A stretch of DNA of 64,000 nucleotides, taken from positions 3,902,792-3,966,791 of the forward strand of contig NC_057720.1 in NCBI RefSeq assembly GCF_004010195.1, read 5' to 3'. The position numbers were made by a program, and so were the translations under genes. This document shows, in pieces, positions 13,090 to 26,627 of the stretch; position 1 is the stretch's first letter, and each line of letters begins with the position of its first letter. Under the pieces are notes generated by a model. It made no database searches. It saw nothing but the letters and a program-made list of their open reading frames with translations, and was not told the DNA's origin. This stretch comes from Chiloscyllium plagiosum (lineage: Eukaryota).

Positions 13090-14160
13090 ATGCGCAAAGG
13101 AGGCCTTTTAGCCTTTTCAAATCTGGCCTGACAAGTGGAGACTGTTAACGAGTTTGGGATGCTGGTGAGAAAGGGAAAACCTGGTGCTCATTTGTTTCAG
13201 TTCATGTTGAGCTGACCTGCTCTCAAACAGCAAGGGGACACAACTGGAGTTGCGACTGGATTTTCAGCTTTGAATAAATGATCATCTTCCCAAGACAAAT
13301 ATCAACTGCTGCACTTTGAAATGATGTTTAACACGAGGGTTCTGTGACTGCAGATGGGGTTGTCTAACAGTACAGGTTTAGCCCTACACAAGTTGTGATT
13401 GTCTTATTGTCTTAATACTCTTCTCCTGCCTGTTTGATCTGTGAGTCTACTATAATGTTAAGACCTTGTCATTGTTAATGTCTCTAATTTTAGGGTGAAC
13501 TGTTAGCTAGCGTCCTTTATTTAAAAAAAAAAAGAATTTTGTTCAGTGCAATTATCCTGGAGCTCTGAGGATGGTAACTCTGTCCGATTCTCTAAGTATT
13601 GCTGCAAGGGACTCAGTGATTGTTAGCTATTGGCTTGGGGATGGGGGAACTGTCTTTTAGTTCAACAGCTTGCCACCTAAACCCAAATCTCAAATGGATT
13701 CAATCATCTGTGTTGGCAGTGAAGAGGAAAAATCCAGCAAATATTAGAATGAAAATCAAAGTACTGGAGAAAATCTGGATTCATCCAAGTGCGAGTGAAG
13801 TAGAATCGCTTTGATGCTAGTTGCAGACTCGTTGTTATACACATTGTGTCTTTATTTCTGTTTTCTGCTGTCTTCATTGTTTTTTTTATTCATGCACAGA
13901 ATTCCTGGGTTTTCTAGTGGGTTGTTGTGTGGTCCCCAAATGATGGGGGTGATGGAGAGATTTTGGAAAGTTTGAATAAATATTGACACCAGGTCATGTT
14001 ACAAACCAAAATGTGACTGTTAATAATGAGCTAATTTGGAGCCAACATTCAATCATTTTATATATTAATCAGTTGGATTCTGTGAATTGTAATATGTTTG
14101 GGAAATCTTAATCAGAATGAGGAATATTGCAAATAAATAGGATTTTGTCTATGGATGTGA

Positions 14161-14166
14161 AATAAA
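14161..14166 (+). promoter_or_regulatory. Candidate polyadenylation signal for MCOLN3 (others at 13273 and 13975)
   Basis: AATAAA followed ~25 nt later by a GT/T-rich tract, at the end of a repeat-poor AT-rich segment. Confidence 0.35.
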
Positions 14167-17100
14167 TTGTTTAAGCTTCTCATCAACGTGCTGTTCTTTG
14201 CTTCCTTGGGAACATCTGAAAAGTTATTTCAAAGAGGTTCATTCAAATAATTTGTGGGCGTGATGACCATCTTTTTCATTCTCAGGATGTGGGTGTTGCT
14301 GACTGGGCCAGTGTTTGTGGCCATTCTTAATTGCCCTTGAAGGTGGTGGTCAGGTGCCTTCTTGATCTGCTGGAGTCCATGTGCTGTATGGGGACACAGT
14401 GCCATTAGGAAGCGTGTTCCAAGATTATGATGTTTTGGCCAATATTTATCCTTCAAGTAATCTCTGTTATTTATCACTGGGATTTTGCAGTGTACATTAG
14501 AACAGTGACTATGTTCTCACAGCGCCCTTTTAACCATTTGCTTGTTATATAGCAAACCCTTTGATCATTCAGCTGCTATGCTGATTCTTCTACTTAACTA
14601 ACTTTTGTATTCAAATAGCTACTTTGAACACAAATAGCACTCTTTTTGGTTTCCTGTGTTGCAAAATGTGCTGAGTTAAATTCCTGGAGCTCCCTGTCTA
14701 ATAGCATTGTGGGTGTCCTTATACCAAATGAACTAGCGAACTCAAGGAAGCAACGGCCTAGTGGTGTTATCTTTAGCCTGTTAGTTCAGAGGCCTAGACA
14801 ATGGTTTGGGGGACCCGGGTCCGAATCCTCTTACAGCAGATGGTGGAATTTGAATTTAATTTCAACATTTAAAAAAAAATCTGGAATGAAGAGTCTAATG
14901 CTGACCATGAATCCATTGTTGATTGTTGGACAAAGCCCATCTGATTCACTAATGTCCTTTAGGGAAGGAAACTGCCATCCTTACCTGCCCTGGCCTACAT
15001 GTGACTCCAGACCCACAGCAATGTGGTTTACTGCCCCCTGAGCAATTAGGGAGGGGCAGTAAACGCTGGCCTAGCCAGTGACACCCACATTCTAATTTAT
15101 TCCAAAAATTCACTTGCCTTGCATGTGCGCACTACAATTCATATCGGGAATTGTATTTACTTTCTATCATCAACAGAATTGTTAGTCAGAGTTTAAACTT
15201 TTGCAGCAAGTCCCTTTGTCCATTTCGCTATTCAGAGTGAATTATTTTGGCTTCACTGAGTGAATGAGCCCTAATTTTCAATGTGCCAATTCTTGATGTA
15301 ATGTTTCCAATTCTACTTGGACATGTCTCTGGAAGTATCATTACATTACTTCATATCTACAAATGTCCCATCCCAAAAATCTTCCACTGGTTCCTGTTAT
15401 GCTTCATGCATTTGCAGTCCATTGAAAATTGCATTGTGCAATTTTTTTTGCACTTGAATCTACCATAGACAAATACCAGCAGAGGGAGTCTACTGTGAAG
15501 AGACAGTGAAGGAGCCATGTTTAAAAGCTCATACAGTTCTAATTCTCAAAGCTCTAATTCTCTGACCAACGAACTTCACATAATCCAATACATCCTCCAA
15601 AGCTATGTTCATTATTCAGTTGGATTTTATTTGCCGCTTGTTTGGATGGCATGTTGGCTCAGTGGTTAGCATTGCTGCCTCACAGCACCAGAGACCCGAG
15701 TTCAGTCCCAGCCTTGGATGATGGTCTGTGTGGAGTTTGCAAACTCTCCCCATTCCTTTATGGTTTCATCACTGTGCTCTAGTTTCCTCCCACCATCCAA
15801 AGATGTGCAGCTGGGTGGATTGGCCATGCTAAGTTGCCCACAGTGTCCAAGGATATACAGGCTGACTGGATAAGTGATGGGAAATGCAGGGTTACAGAGA
15901 TTGGGAGGTGGGTGGGTCAGGGTTAGAGAGGTGGATCTAGGTCAGGTGTTTTTTTTTGAAGGTCTGTGAGGACTTAATGGACCAACTGGCTGCTTCCCTA
16001 CTATAGAGATTCTGTGATTATTCCCATTCTCAATTTACTTTATGAATTTGTTTCCTAACCAATGTCCTGTACAGCTGCAACATGACCTCCCAACTCCTAT
16101 ACTCTATACTCTGACCAATAAATGAAAGCATACCAAACGCCCCCCTCACTATCCTATCTACCTATGACTCCACTTTCAACGAGCTATGAACCTGCACTCC
16201 AAGGTCTCTGTTCAGCAACACTCCCTAGGCCCTTACCATTAAGTGTATAAGTCCTGCTAAGATTTGCTTTCCCAAAATGCAGCACCTTGCATTTATCTGA
16301 ATTAAACTCCATCTGCCACTTCTCAGCCCATTGGTTTTGGAATATTGCATTCAATTCTAGTCTCCCTGCCAAAGGAAGGATGTTGTTAAACTTGAAAGGC
16401 TTCAGAAAAGGTCTACAAGGAATTGCAGCATCCAGGGAACAGGAGATTCGACGTTTCGTCGAATCTCCTGTTCCCTGGATGCTGCCTGACCTGCTGTGCT
16501 GTTCCAGCAATAAAGTTTCAACTTTGATCTCCAGCATCTGCAGACCTCACTTTCTCCTACCCTGAGATCTAACCTTGCTAATCAGTCTTTAACTCAATGA
16601 CAATAAAAAGGTTTTTAATTTGGTTGTCCTTGGCAATGTTTTAGAGAATGGTTAATTGCCAGAGTCCAGGAAATACAAGGGTTAATAAACCATAGATAAA
16701 CCTCTAAAGCGTTTGCACGTTGCAGTCCTTTCTCTGCATGAGCTTTTGTTTTAGTGATAACCGTCGGTTACAACACGATGATTCAAACTCTTTGTGTTTC
16801 TGTCAGTTACACATTGTCACTGAGCTGATCAAATCTCATCAGTTGTTGCCGAAGTCACTTCCTGTGTTGTACGGTTCAATTTTATTGATTGTTTTGCAAA
16901 ATTTGCATTGAACTGAAAGTTCTTCTGTTAATCTTTGACCTTGTCCAATGAAGTTTGGGTGGTTCAGAACACCATACTGATTTGCATTTTTTAAAATAAA
17001 CTTTCTCGACCACAAACCGCAGCACTTATGGAATCCGCAGTGACGAATTGTACCAAGATTTCAGGTTTTGAAATGGCTACTTTTCATTCTTGAGCAGTGT

Positions 17101-18784
17101 ATTTTTGTCATGAATATTTTATTTGTTTCACTCTTTGTTTCTAAGACTCGTTAAAATTCAACTAATAAGTTTTTGACTTTTAAAATTGTAATTGTTGCCA
17201 TGTTTCACTATTCTAATCTAAAGTGCGTAGGGAATGCAAGTTTTCTCACAGCATGATGTCTTTTTACTGGTGTTTCAGAGCTGTGTAAACTTTCTGAAGT
17301 TTTGTGTTAATTTGGAGTGAGATGTCTGGTGAAGCAACTTTGTGTCATCAACCGCAGACTTACTAGATAGCCTGTAACATATTAGTCAGACAGAAGATGA
17401 ATATGAGCGTTTCATTTGTAGAAAAAGTACAAAGGACAAGGAGAGAATCATTAACCTCACAGCCATTAAACCCAAACTTGTAGCTCTGTTTTATCATGCT
17501 TACAAGGAAAAGCCCAGCATCCAGAGTGGTAATGAGAGAGAGTGAAAGTTGCTTTGACAAGCAGAGTTGAAACATGAAAGGACATTGAGAGAGCAATTTT
17601 AAAATCTGATTTAAGATTTGAACTATCAGTCACACAAATTGAAGCTTTTACTAATGAATGTCAGTTGAACTGTTTCCATAAATGAGAGAAATTGTTCAGG
17701 CTCATAACTAGTGGTCACAGTGCAAATGCTCTGAAGTTCCAAAGCAATTGTACAGGCACAGCCTACCCAACTGTTTGTCATTAGACAATTCTCCCATTCC
17801 AGGTACAAGGTGGACTGCTTCTAACACAATTACATCCCTTCCTAAGGAGACCAGTACTGTATATAGTTGCACTAGTGCCCTGTATAGCCCAGCGTGGCCT
17901 TGGTATGGTCTCCCGGTCTTGATTCTAGAGTGGTCTCCTGGCCTCCCACCTCAAGGTGAAGCCTGGCACTGTCTGGAGTCTAGGCCAGAAGCAGACTAGA
18001 GGCTTGTGGACTGGGATGGAAGGACTGTTATTCTGAACACTTTATTTCTTTTATTTTTCTAATTCTATGAGCTGTAATGCTCAACTATTTATGTCATTTA
18101 TTTTTCTAATTTCTTTATCCCCTAAGAATTTCTACTTAATCTGTACCTAGGTAACTTTGTACCGAGGATGACACTGTCATGTAAACTTTTCACTGTACTT
18201 TATTTGAGTCCATGTGACAATAAAGCTAATTCTAATTCTATAACTGAATCATAACCCCCTTTCCTTTTTGTTTGTGGAAGATACACCATGTTTTATTTTC
18301 CATAGCAGAAGTTTCTTAATTGTCTCTGAGTACCAGGATAGTGGTTTGATGATGCATAACCTTATATCAGACCAGCTGCAGGCCTATTGTTACTCAATGG
18401 TTAACTAGTGATATCTGAAATATTTTTGATCTCCTGCATTATGTTCAGCGCTCCTCAGTATATCGTACATTATTTATCAAAATATATTTTCCAGTGGGTT
18501 GCCACAAATTTAAATTCTTGAGTCCTAGCATGTTGTTAAACTTATTTTTTTCTTATGTTTTCACTACCGGGGAGGGTTGTGGTGAAAAGTTGAATAGGTG
18601 AGTGCGATAGGGAAGAAGGATGATGACAGCAGGAGATTTATGGAGAGTGTATGTCCCTGAATAGCTAGTTCCTGTGCTGTAGACTGAAGAATATAAGAGG
18701 AAGGAGCAGGAAAAGGCCATCTGGCCCCTCAAGCCTGCTCTCCCAATCAGTAAGATCATGGCTGATCTTTTTGTTGCCTTAGCT

Positions 18785-21480
18785 GCATAGAACATTGGAG
18801 CACAGTACAGGCCCTTCAGGCCTTCTGTTGCACCAACCTGTGGAACCAATCGGAAGCCCGTTGTAGGCAGCATGGTGGCACAGTGGTTAGCACTGCTGCC
18901 TCACAGCGCCAGAGACCCGGGTTCAATCCCCGCCTCAGGCGACTGTCTGTGTGGAGTTTGTACATTCTCCCCGTGTCTGCGTGGGTTTCCTCCGGGTGCT
19001 CCGGTTTCCTCCCACAGTCCAAAGATGTGCTGGGCTAGGTGAATTGGCCATGGTAAATTACCCGTAGTGTTAGGTGAAGGGGTAAATGTAGGGGAATGGG
19101 TCTGGGTGGGTTGCGCTTTGGCGGGTCAGTGTGGACTTGTTGGGCTGAAGGACCCGTTTCCACACTGTAAGTAATCTAATCTAACCTGCACTATTCCATT
19201 CTCATTTGTATGTCTATCCGATGACCATTTAAATGCCATTAAAGTTGGTGAGTCTACTACTACTGTTGCAGGCAGTGTGTTCCATGCCCCTCCTACTCTG
19301 AGTAAAGAAACTACCTCTGACATCTGTCCTATATCTATCACCCCTCAGTTTAAAGCTATGTCCTTTCATGCTAGCCATTACTATCTGAGGAAAAAGCTCT
19401 CACTGTCCACTCTATCAACCCTCTGATTATCTTGTCTCAATTAAGTCACCTCTCAACCCTCTCTCTAACAAAAACAGCCTCAAGTCCCTCAGCCATTCCT
19501 CATAAGACCTTCCCTCTGTACCAAGCAATACCCTAGTAAATGTTCTCAACCCTTTCCAATGCTTCCACATCATTCCTATAATGGGGTGACCAGGACTATA
19601 CACAATACTCCAAGTGCGGCCGCACCAGAGTTCTGTACAGCTGCAGCATGACCTCGTGGCTCTAAAACTCAATCCCTCTACCAATAAAAGCTAACACATC
19701 ATATGCCTTCTTAACAACTCTATCAAACTGGGTGACACTTTCAGGGATCTATTTACATGGACACAAATATCTCTCTGCTCATCTACACTACCAAGCATCT
19801 TACCATTAGTCCAGTACTCTGCATTCCTGTTGCTCCTTCCAAAGTTAACCACCTCACACTTTCCCACATTAAACACTATTTGCTACCTCTCAGCCTAGCT
19901 CTGCAGCTTATCTATGTCCCTCTGTAACCTACAACATTCTTCCACACTATCCACAACTCCATCAACCTTAGTATCATTCGCAAATTTACTAAGCCATCCT
20001 TCTACGCTCTCATCCAAATCATTTATAAAAATGACAAACAGCAGTGGACTCAAAACAGATCCTTGGGGTGCACCACTAGTAACTGAATTCCAGGATGAAT
20101 ATTTCCCATCAACCACCACCCTCTGTCTTCTTTCAGTTTGCCAATTTCTGATCCAAACCACTAAATCACCCTCAATCCCATGCTTCTGTATTTTGTGCAA
20201 TAGCCCACCATGGGGAACCTTCTCAAATGCCTTACTGAAATCCACATACACCACATCAACTGCTTTAGCCTCCTCTACCTGTTTCGTTACCTTCTCAAAG
20301 AACTCAATAAGGTTTGTGAGGCATGACCTACCCTTCACAAAACCGTGCTGACTATCCCTAATCAACTTTATTCCTTTGCGGATGATTATAAATCCTATCT
20401 CTTATAACCTTTTCCAACACTTTACCCACAACTGAAGAAAGTTTCACTGATCTATAAATACCAGGGTTGTCTCTACTCCCTCTTTTGAATAATGGGACAA
20501 CATTTGCTATCCTCCAGCCTTGTACTATTCCTGTAGATAATGACGACATAAAGATCAAAGCCAAAGGCTCTGCAATCTCTTCTTTGGCTAGGATCCCCCC
20601 AGGAATCCCTGAAATATGATCAGAGACATCACGAACCCTGGCACGTGGGAGGCAACACACCAACTGAGTGTGTCTCTAGTCCTCACAGAACCTCCTACCT
20701 GTCCCAGTAATTATGGAGTCCCCAATAACTAATGCTCTGCTCGTCTTCGCAACCCTCTCCTCCCCACACCCCCTCCCCAATTCCCTTCTGAGCAACAGGG
20801 ACAGACTCTGTGCTAGAGAGCTGTTCCCCCTAGAAAGTCATCATCCCTCCCCTCCCCAGCCCTCAAACAGTATCCAAAATGGTACACTTGTTTTTAGGGA
20901 ATGGCTGAAGGGGATCCTGCACTGCCTGCTGGTTCCCTTTGTCTCCTGACTGTAACCCATCTGCCTCTTTCTTGCACCTGAGCTGTGACTACTTCCCTGT
21001 AACTCCTCTCAATAACCACCCTCTGACTCCCAAATGATCTGAAATTCATCCAGCTCCAGCCCTCAATGTGGTTTTCAAGGAGCTGCAATATTGGGTGCAC
21101 TTCCTGCAGATGCAGTCAGCGGGGACACTAGTGGTGACCCTTATCTCCACATTCTCCAAGAGGAACATTCAAATGCCCTAACTTCCATTTCCACTGTTCT
21201 AAATTCCCAACAAGACTACTGAAAACAAAAAAAAAACTAGTCACCAATCCAGTGCACAAAACCTTTTTGTTTGGTTAGAGGAAGACGACGGCTGGGAGAC
21301 ACTACCCGGGTAGTGTTTCAGGTAAAGCAGCCACCATAATATAAAACTGCACTTCCCCATAGTCCTGTGTCTGCTCCTGCTCAGTGTGTGCTCCACCTGT
21401 ACACGAGGTAAGGTTTTATATTTTAAGTTTACCTTCCAGTCTGGCCTCCGGTACTCACTGTCACTCCTCCCAATGCAACT
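18785..21480 (-). mobile_element. Internally deleted CR1 LINE with RT, ORF1 remnant and 5' region; HE1-type SINE inserted in the 3' UTR
   Basis: RT ORF 19895..20365. The ORF1 esterase-like motif VCCLPRARVRDVSD is fused directly to ORF2 sequence at ~20590. Confidence 0.8.
18866..19185 (+). mobile_element. tRNA-derived V-SINE (HE1-like)
   Basis: A box (tggcacagtgg), B box (gttcaatccc), the V-domain tgtggagtttg..ttctccccgtgtctgcgtgggtttcctccggg, and a (TAATC)n tail. Confidence 0.85.
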
Positions 21481-21716
21481 CCACTTACCCACCTCTCACT
21501 ATACTCCTTAATTCTTTTATTGTTCAAAAATCTTTCTTAGCTTTAAAAACATTCACTGAGAAAGCCTCAACTATTTCACTGGGCAGGGGATTCCACAGAT
21601 TCACAACCCTCTGGGTGAAGAAGTTCCTTCTCAATTTAGTCCTAAATCTGCTCCCCCTAATTTTGAGGCTATGTCCTCTTGACCTAGTTTCACCCACCAG
21701 TGGAAACATCCTCTCT

Positions 21717-22312
21717 CTGAGTTTTGAGAAGACTTGTAGCTCATGTTGAGGTTCTGGGTGTAGGTTTGCTCGCTGAGCTGCAAGGTTCATTTCCAGATGT
21801 TTCGTCACTAGGTAACATGTTCCGTGTTCGGCAGGAATTCCTGCTTTACATTTATATGTTTGGGTTTCCTTTGTTTGGTGATGTAATTTCCTGTTTTTTT
21901 TTGTCAGGGGGTGGTAGATGAGGTCTAACTCGATGTGTTTGTTGATAGAGTTCCAGTTGGAATGCTATGCTTCTAGGAATTCTCATGTGTCTCTCTGTTC
22001 GGCTTGTCCTAAGATGGATAGTTGTCCCAATCGAAGTGGTGTCCGTCCTTATCTGTGTGTAAGGATACTAGTGAGAGAGAGTCATGTCGTTTTGTGACTA
22101 GTTAATATTCATGTATCCTGGTGGCTAGTTTCCTGCCTGTTTGTCCAATGTAGTGTTTGTTACAGTTCTTGCACGGTATTTTGTAAATGACATTAGTTTT
22201 GCTCGTCTGTATAGGGTCTTTCGAGTTCATTAGCTGCTGTTTTAGTGTGTTGGTTGGTTTGTGGGCTACCATGATGCCAAGGGGTCTGAATAGTCTGGCA
22301 GTCATTTCTGAG
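21717..22312 (-). mobile_element. Penelope-like element fragment (GIY-YIG endonuclease) inserted in a CR1
   Basis: NVIYKIPCKNCNKHYIGQTGRKLATRIHE motif. TSD atcctctct at 21708-21716 and 22313-22321. Confidence 0.85.
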
Positions 22313-23585
22313 ATCCTCTCTACTTCTATCTTGTCTATTCCCTCCATAATTTTATACATTTCTATAAGATCCTCCTCATTCTCCTAAATTCCAATGAATA
22401 TAATCCCAGTCTCCTCAGACTCTTCTCATAAGCCAACCTCCCCCTCAACTCCAGAATTAACTTAATGAAGCTCCTCTGTGCCTCTCCAGTGTCAGTACAT
22501 CCTTTCTTTAGTGATCATAGCACAGGACTAGGAATCCAGAAAACCTGGGTAATGCTTTGGGGACATGGGTTTGAGTTTAGAGTGGTGTTGTAAAAGCACA
22601 ACAGGTCAGGTAGCATCCAAGGAGCTGACATGGGTTTGAATCCCACCATGGTAGATGGTGATTTTTAATTCAAATAAAAAGCTAACTTCAGAACTAACCA
22701 TATTGTCAAATGTTGTAAAAATCCATCTGAGTCACTAATGCCCTTTAGGGAAGGAAATCTGCTCTCCTTACCCAGTCTGGCCTACGTGTAACTCCAGACC
22801 CACAGCCGTGTTAACTTTTAATTGCCCTCGAGGCAAATGGAGATAGACAATAAGGGGTGACAAGAGCCGAATGTTGTTATCTTGTAAATGACATTAGTTT
22901 TGCTCATTGTCTGTATAGGGTCTTTCGAGTTCATTAGCTGCTGTTTTAGTGTGTTGGTGGGTTTGTGGGCTACCATGACGCCAAGGGCTCTGAGTAGTCT
23001 GGCAGTCATTTCTGAGATCCTCTCTACTTCTATCTTGTCTATTCCCTACATAATTTTATACGTTTCTATAAGATCCTCCTCATTCTCCTAAATTCCAATG
23101 AATATAATCCCAGTCTCCTCAGACTCTTCTCATAAGCCAACCTCCCCCTCAACTCCAGAATTAACTTAATGAAGCTCCTCTGTGCCTCTCCAGTGTCAGT
23201 ACATCCTTTCTTTAGTGATCATAGCACAGGACTAGGAATCCAGAAAACCTGGGTAATGCTTTGGGGACATGGGTTTGAGTTTAGAGTGGTGTTGTAAAAG
23301 CACAACAGGTCAGGTAGCATCCAAGGAGCTGACATGGGTTTGAATCCCACCATGGTAGATGGTGATTTTTAATTCAAATAAAAAGCTAACTTCAGAACTA
23401 ACCATATTGTCAAATGTTGTAAAAATCCATCTGAGTCACTAATGCCCTTTAGGGAAGGAAATCTGCTCTCCTTACCCAGTCTGGCCTACGTGTAACTCCA
23501 GACCCACAGCCGTGTTAACTTTTAATTGCCCTCGAGGCAAATGGAGATAGACAATAAGGGGTGACAAGAGCCGAATGTTGTTATC
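22181..23585. repeat. ~700 bp direct tandem duplication (22181-22881 and 22882-23585)
   Basis: Both units start ttgtaaatgacattag and end gaatgttgttatc, and are near-identical throughout. Confidence 0.93.
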
Positions 23586-23910
23586 GCTGGACTGTTAATC
23601 CAGCGACACAGGTAATGATCTGGGGACTTGAGTTCAAATCCTGCCATAGCAGATGGTGGAATTTGAATTCAGTAAACATTTGGAATAAAGAATCTAAAAG
23701 TTGACCATGAGACCATTGTTGATTGTCAGGAAAAGCCCATCTGGGTCACTAATGTCCTTTAGGGAAGGAAATCTGCTCTCCTCACCCAGTCTGGCCTACA
23801 TGTGACTCCTGACCCAGAGCAATGTGGGCAACTCTTAATTGCCCTCTGGGCAATTAGAGACTGGCTTCCCCAGCCAGCGACACCCTCATCAAATGAATGA
23901 ATTAAAAAAT
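23570..23910 (+). mobile_element. Second tRNA-headed SINE family (~340 bp)
   Basis: B box gagttcaaatcc, core ctacatgtgactccagacccacagcaatgtgg, tail tgaatgaat. Other copies lie near 14755, 22510, 32800, 42065, 43180, 45660 (-) and 49795. Family name not assigned. Confidence 0.65.
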
Positions 23911-24929
23911 ATATACCGGTCCAGAATTTGAAGTTCTGTCCTTAAGCTTTTCATTTTGAGTTCACGACTGATAACTGGGTGTCATTGATTCTTCTCAAAC
24001 CGTTTTGTCATTATCCTCTTCTGGGTGACAAAGCAGTTGAGGACAGAAGCAGTTGAGGATGTTGGACCTGTACTTTTGTTGGAGTTTAATAGAATGAGAG
24101 GTGACCTTTATTGAAAAATACAAGAACATTAGGGGGCTTGACAGGGTTGATGCAAAAAGATGGTTTTCCCGTGAGGGAGAGTCTAGGACCAGAGAGCATC
24201 ATCTCAAAATAATGGGTCACCCATCTAAGACTGAGATGGGAAGGAATTTCTTCTCAGAGGGGAATGAATCTTTGGAAATTTTTACCACAGAGAGCTGTCG
24301 AGGCATGTCAGTCTATTTTCAAGGTTTAGCGAGAGATTTTTAATCAGTAAGGGGGATTGAAGGTTATGGGGAAAAGGCTGAAAAGTGAAGTTGAAGATTA
24401 TCAGATTAGCCATGATCTCATTGACAGAGAAGACTCAGTGCGCTGAATGCCCTAGTGTTCCTGTATCTTACACAGTCTCTCCAATTCTCATAAACTTATT
24501 ATTGAATTATTTTCTTTAAGCTGATAAGTTCTGATGAATATAAATGGTGTATTTTTTTAAAAATTCAGTCAGGGAATGTGGGTTTTACTGGCTGAGCCTC
24601 ATCTTCCTTTCTTGTCATATTATCCTTGGTGTGATCATTTTAACCGTTTTTCAAAATAAACGATTCTGGTAAAATTTCAGCATCGTCCCAAACTAAGCCG
24701 ACCCCTTTCAAAGAACCTGAAGCTGGGCTGAAATTGTTGACAGTGAGGTAGAAGTGTTTGTTGTTACAGAAGGATATAAGTAGATAGGGTTAAACTCCAT
24801 CTGCCATTGATCTGCCCAGAGAAATATGAGTGGATGTACTTTGGAAGAAGGAATAAGACAAGGGAGTACTCAATGGATGGCAGGACACTAGGAAGCTCCG
24901 AGGGACAGAGGGTTATGATCTTTGTAAGA

Positions 24930-26627
24930 CCATCAGAGACACCGAGAGGCAATACCAAACTAAGCTTGAGACCCAGACCACCATTGTTTGTGGCAAGGTT
25001 TACTACAAAGCAAAGTTGAACAGGATCACAGGCAACAGTGCATTCCTACCTGACTGGCTCAATGCACTCTACCCTCCCTTTGAATAGGAGGTCAGCGAAA
25101 CAATGTCACCTATTCCAACAGCCCCCGATGTACCTGTACCCACAGTCACCACCAGCACAGACGTGAGATCAGTCTTCTCGAGAACCCACAGAAAACGACT
25201 GGCCTGGATGGAGACTCCGTCCGTGCACTCGGACAGTGTGTGGATAAGTTGGCGGGTGTATTCGCAGACATCTTTAACCTCTCCTTACTACAATCTGAAG
25301 TTTTCAGTTGCTTCAAGAAGACCACCATCATCCCAGTTCCAAAAATAAATCCTGCAGCGTGTCTCAATAACTACTGCCTGGTGGCTCTGACCTCCATCAT
25401 TATGAAGTGCTTCAAGAGGTTAGTCATGGCTCACATCAACTCCAGCCTCGATCCATTTTAACTCACCTACCCGTCAGGTCCACAACAGACAGCATCTCCC
25501 TGGCCCTACACCCATCCTGGAACATCTGGATAACCAGGATCCCTGCGTCAGGCTCCTACTTATTGTCTACAGCTCTGCCTTCAACATCATAACTCCAAAC
25601 AAACTCATCTCTAAACTCTCAGTTCTGGGTCATGACTAGCCCCTCTGTAACTGGATCCACAACTTCCTGACCCATAGATGGTCATCAGTAAGAATGGCTG
25701 ATGACACATCCTCAACACCGATGCAGCCTTGTGAGCATACTCCAGCCCTAACTAAGCTTCTTATCCACTCACCACTGTGGCCTAATTCCACCCCAACTCC
25801 ATTCACCGGTTTGCTGATGAGACCACCATTGTTGCCATAGTCTTACCAGACCATATGGGTGCTTTCTTCTTAGAGAGAAGCAACTGGTGGTGATTTAACC
25901 TAAGGGCCACTAGACCTCGGGCAAGGGAAGATGTTGAGGAGGAGTCCTTTACGGTAACCTTAAACTGTTGCTGGGAATTGAGTCAACACTGATGACATGA
26001 CACTGCTCTGTAAACCAACAATCCAGCCAACTGAGCTAAACTGACTCCCCCACTACCGCTGTAACTTGGATCTCAAACAACAATGAGACAGAATACAGGC
26101 AAGAGGCTGTGTGCTTAGCAGCAGGGTGTTAAGACAGCAATCTCTCGAACATAGGCAAAACCAAAGAGCTGGTCATTGTCTACAGGAAGCAGAGTGGAGG
26201 GGACACCCCTGTCTGCATCAATGGTCCTGAGGTGGTGAAGGTTGAGAGGATCATGTTCCTGGGAGTGATGATCACCAACTATCTGTCCTGGTGCATCCAC
26301 GTCAATGTGAGGGTCAGAAAACACAACAACACCTCTTCTTCTCAGGAGGCCAAGGAAATGCAGCATAGCCTTCCCACTCCATACTCTCTCCCACTGGGCA
26401 AAAGATATAAATGTTTGAATACACGTACGAACAGATTCAAGAACAGTTTCTTTTGAACAGACTGTGATTGTGGTATCTCCCTCTGCCCTTTCTCTGTGGC
26501 TGTAACACTGTATTCTGCACTCTGTTCTGCTGCCGTGGTGCACTCTATATGGTACAATCTGCCTGTATAGGACACAAAGCAACACTTTTCAATGTATCTC
26601 AGTAAATGTGACGACAATCAATCAATC
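24930..26627 (+). mobile_element. Rex1/Babar-type LINE fragment inserted in a CR1
   Basis: LAGVFADIFNLSLLQSEVFSCFKKTTIIPVPK...[15 protein letters not shown] and TNRFKNSFF motifs, with an (AATC)n tail. CR1 sequence resumes at ~26628. Confidence 0.8.

Noticed and set aside
16755..16911. Alternative MCOLN3 terminal exon (ttttgttttAG/TGATAACC..., giving SDNRRLQHDD...)
   Set aside because: It is phase-compatible, but shows no recognisable mucolipin similarity and lies beyond the nearer, stronger acceptor and polyA signals. Not formally excluded.
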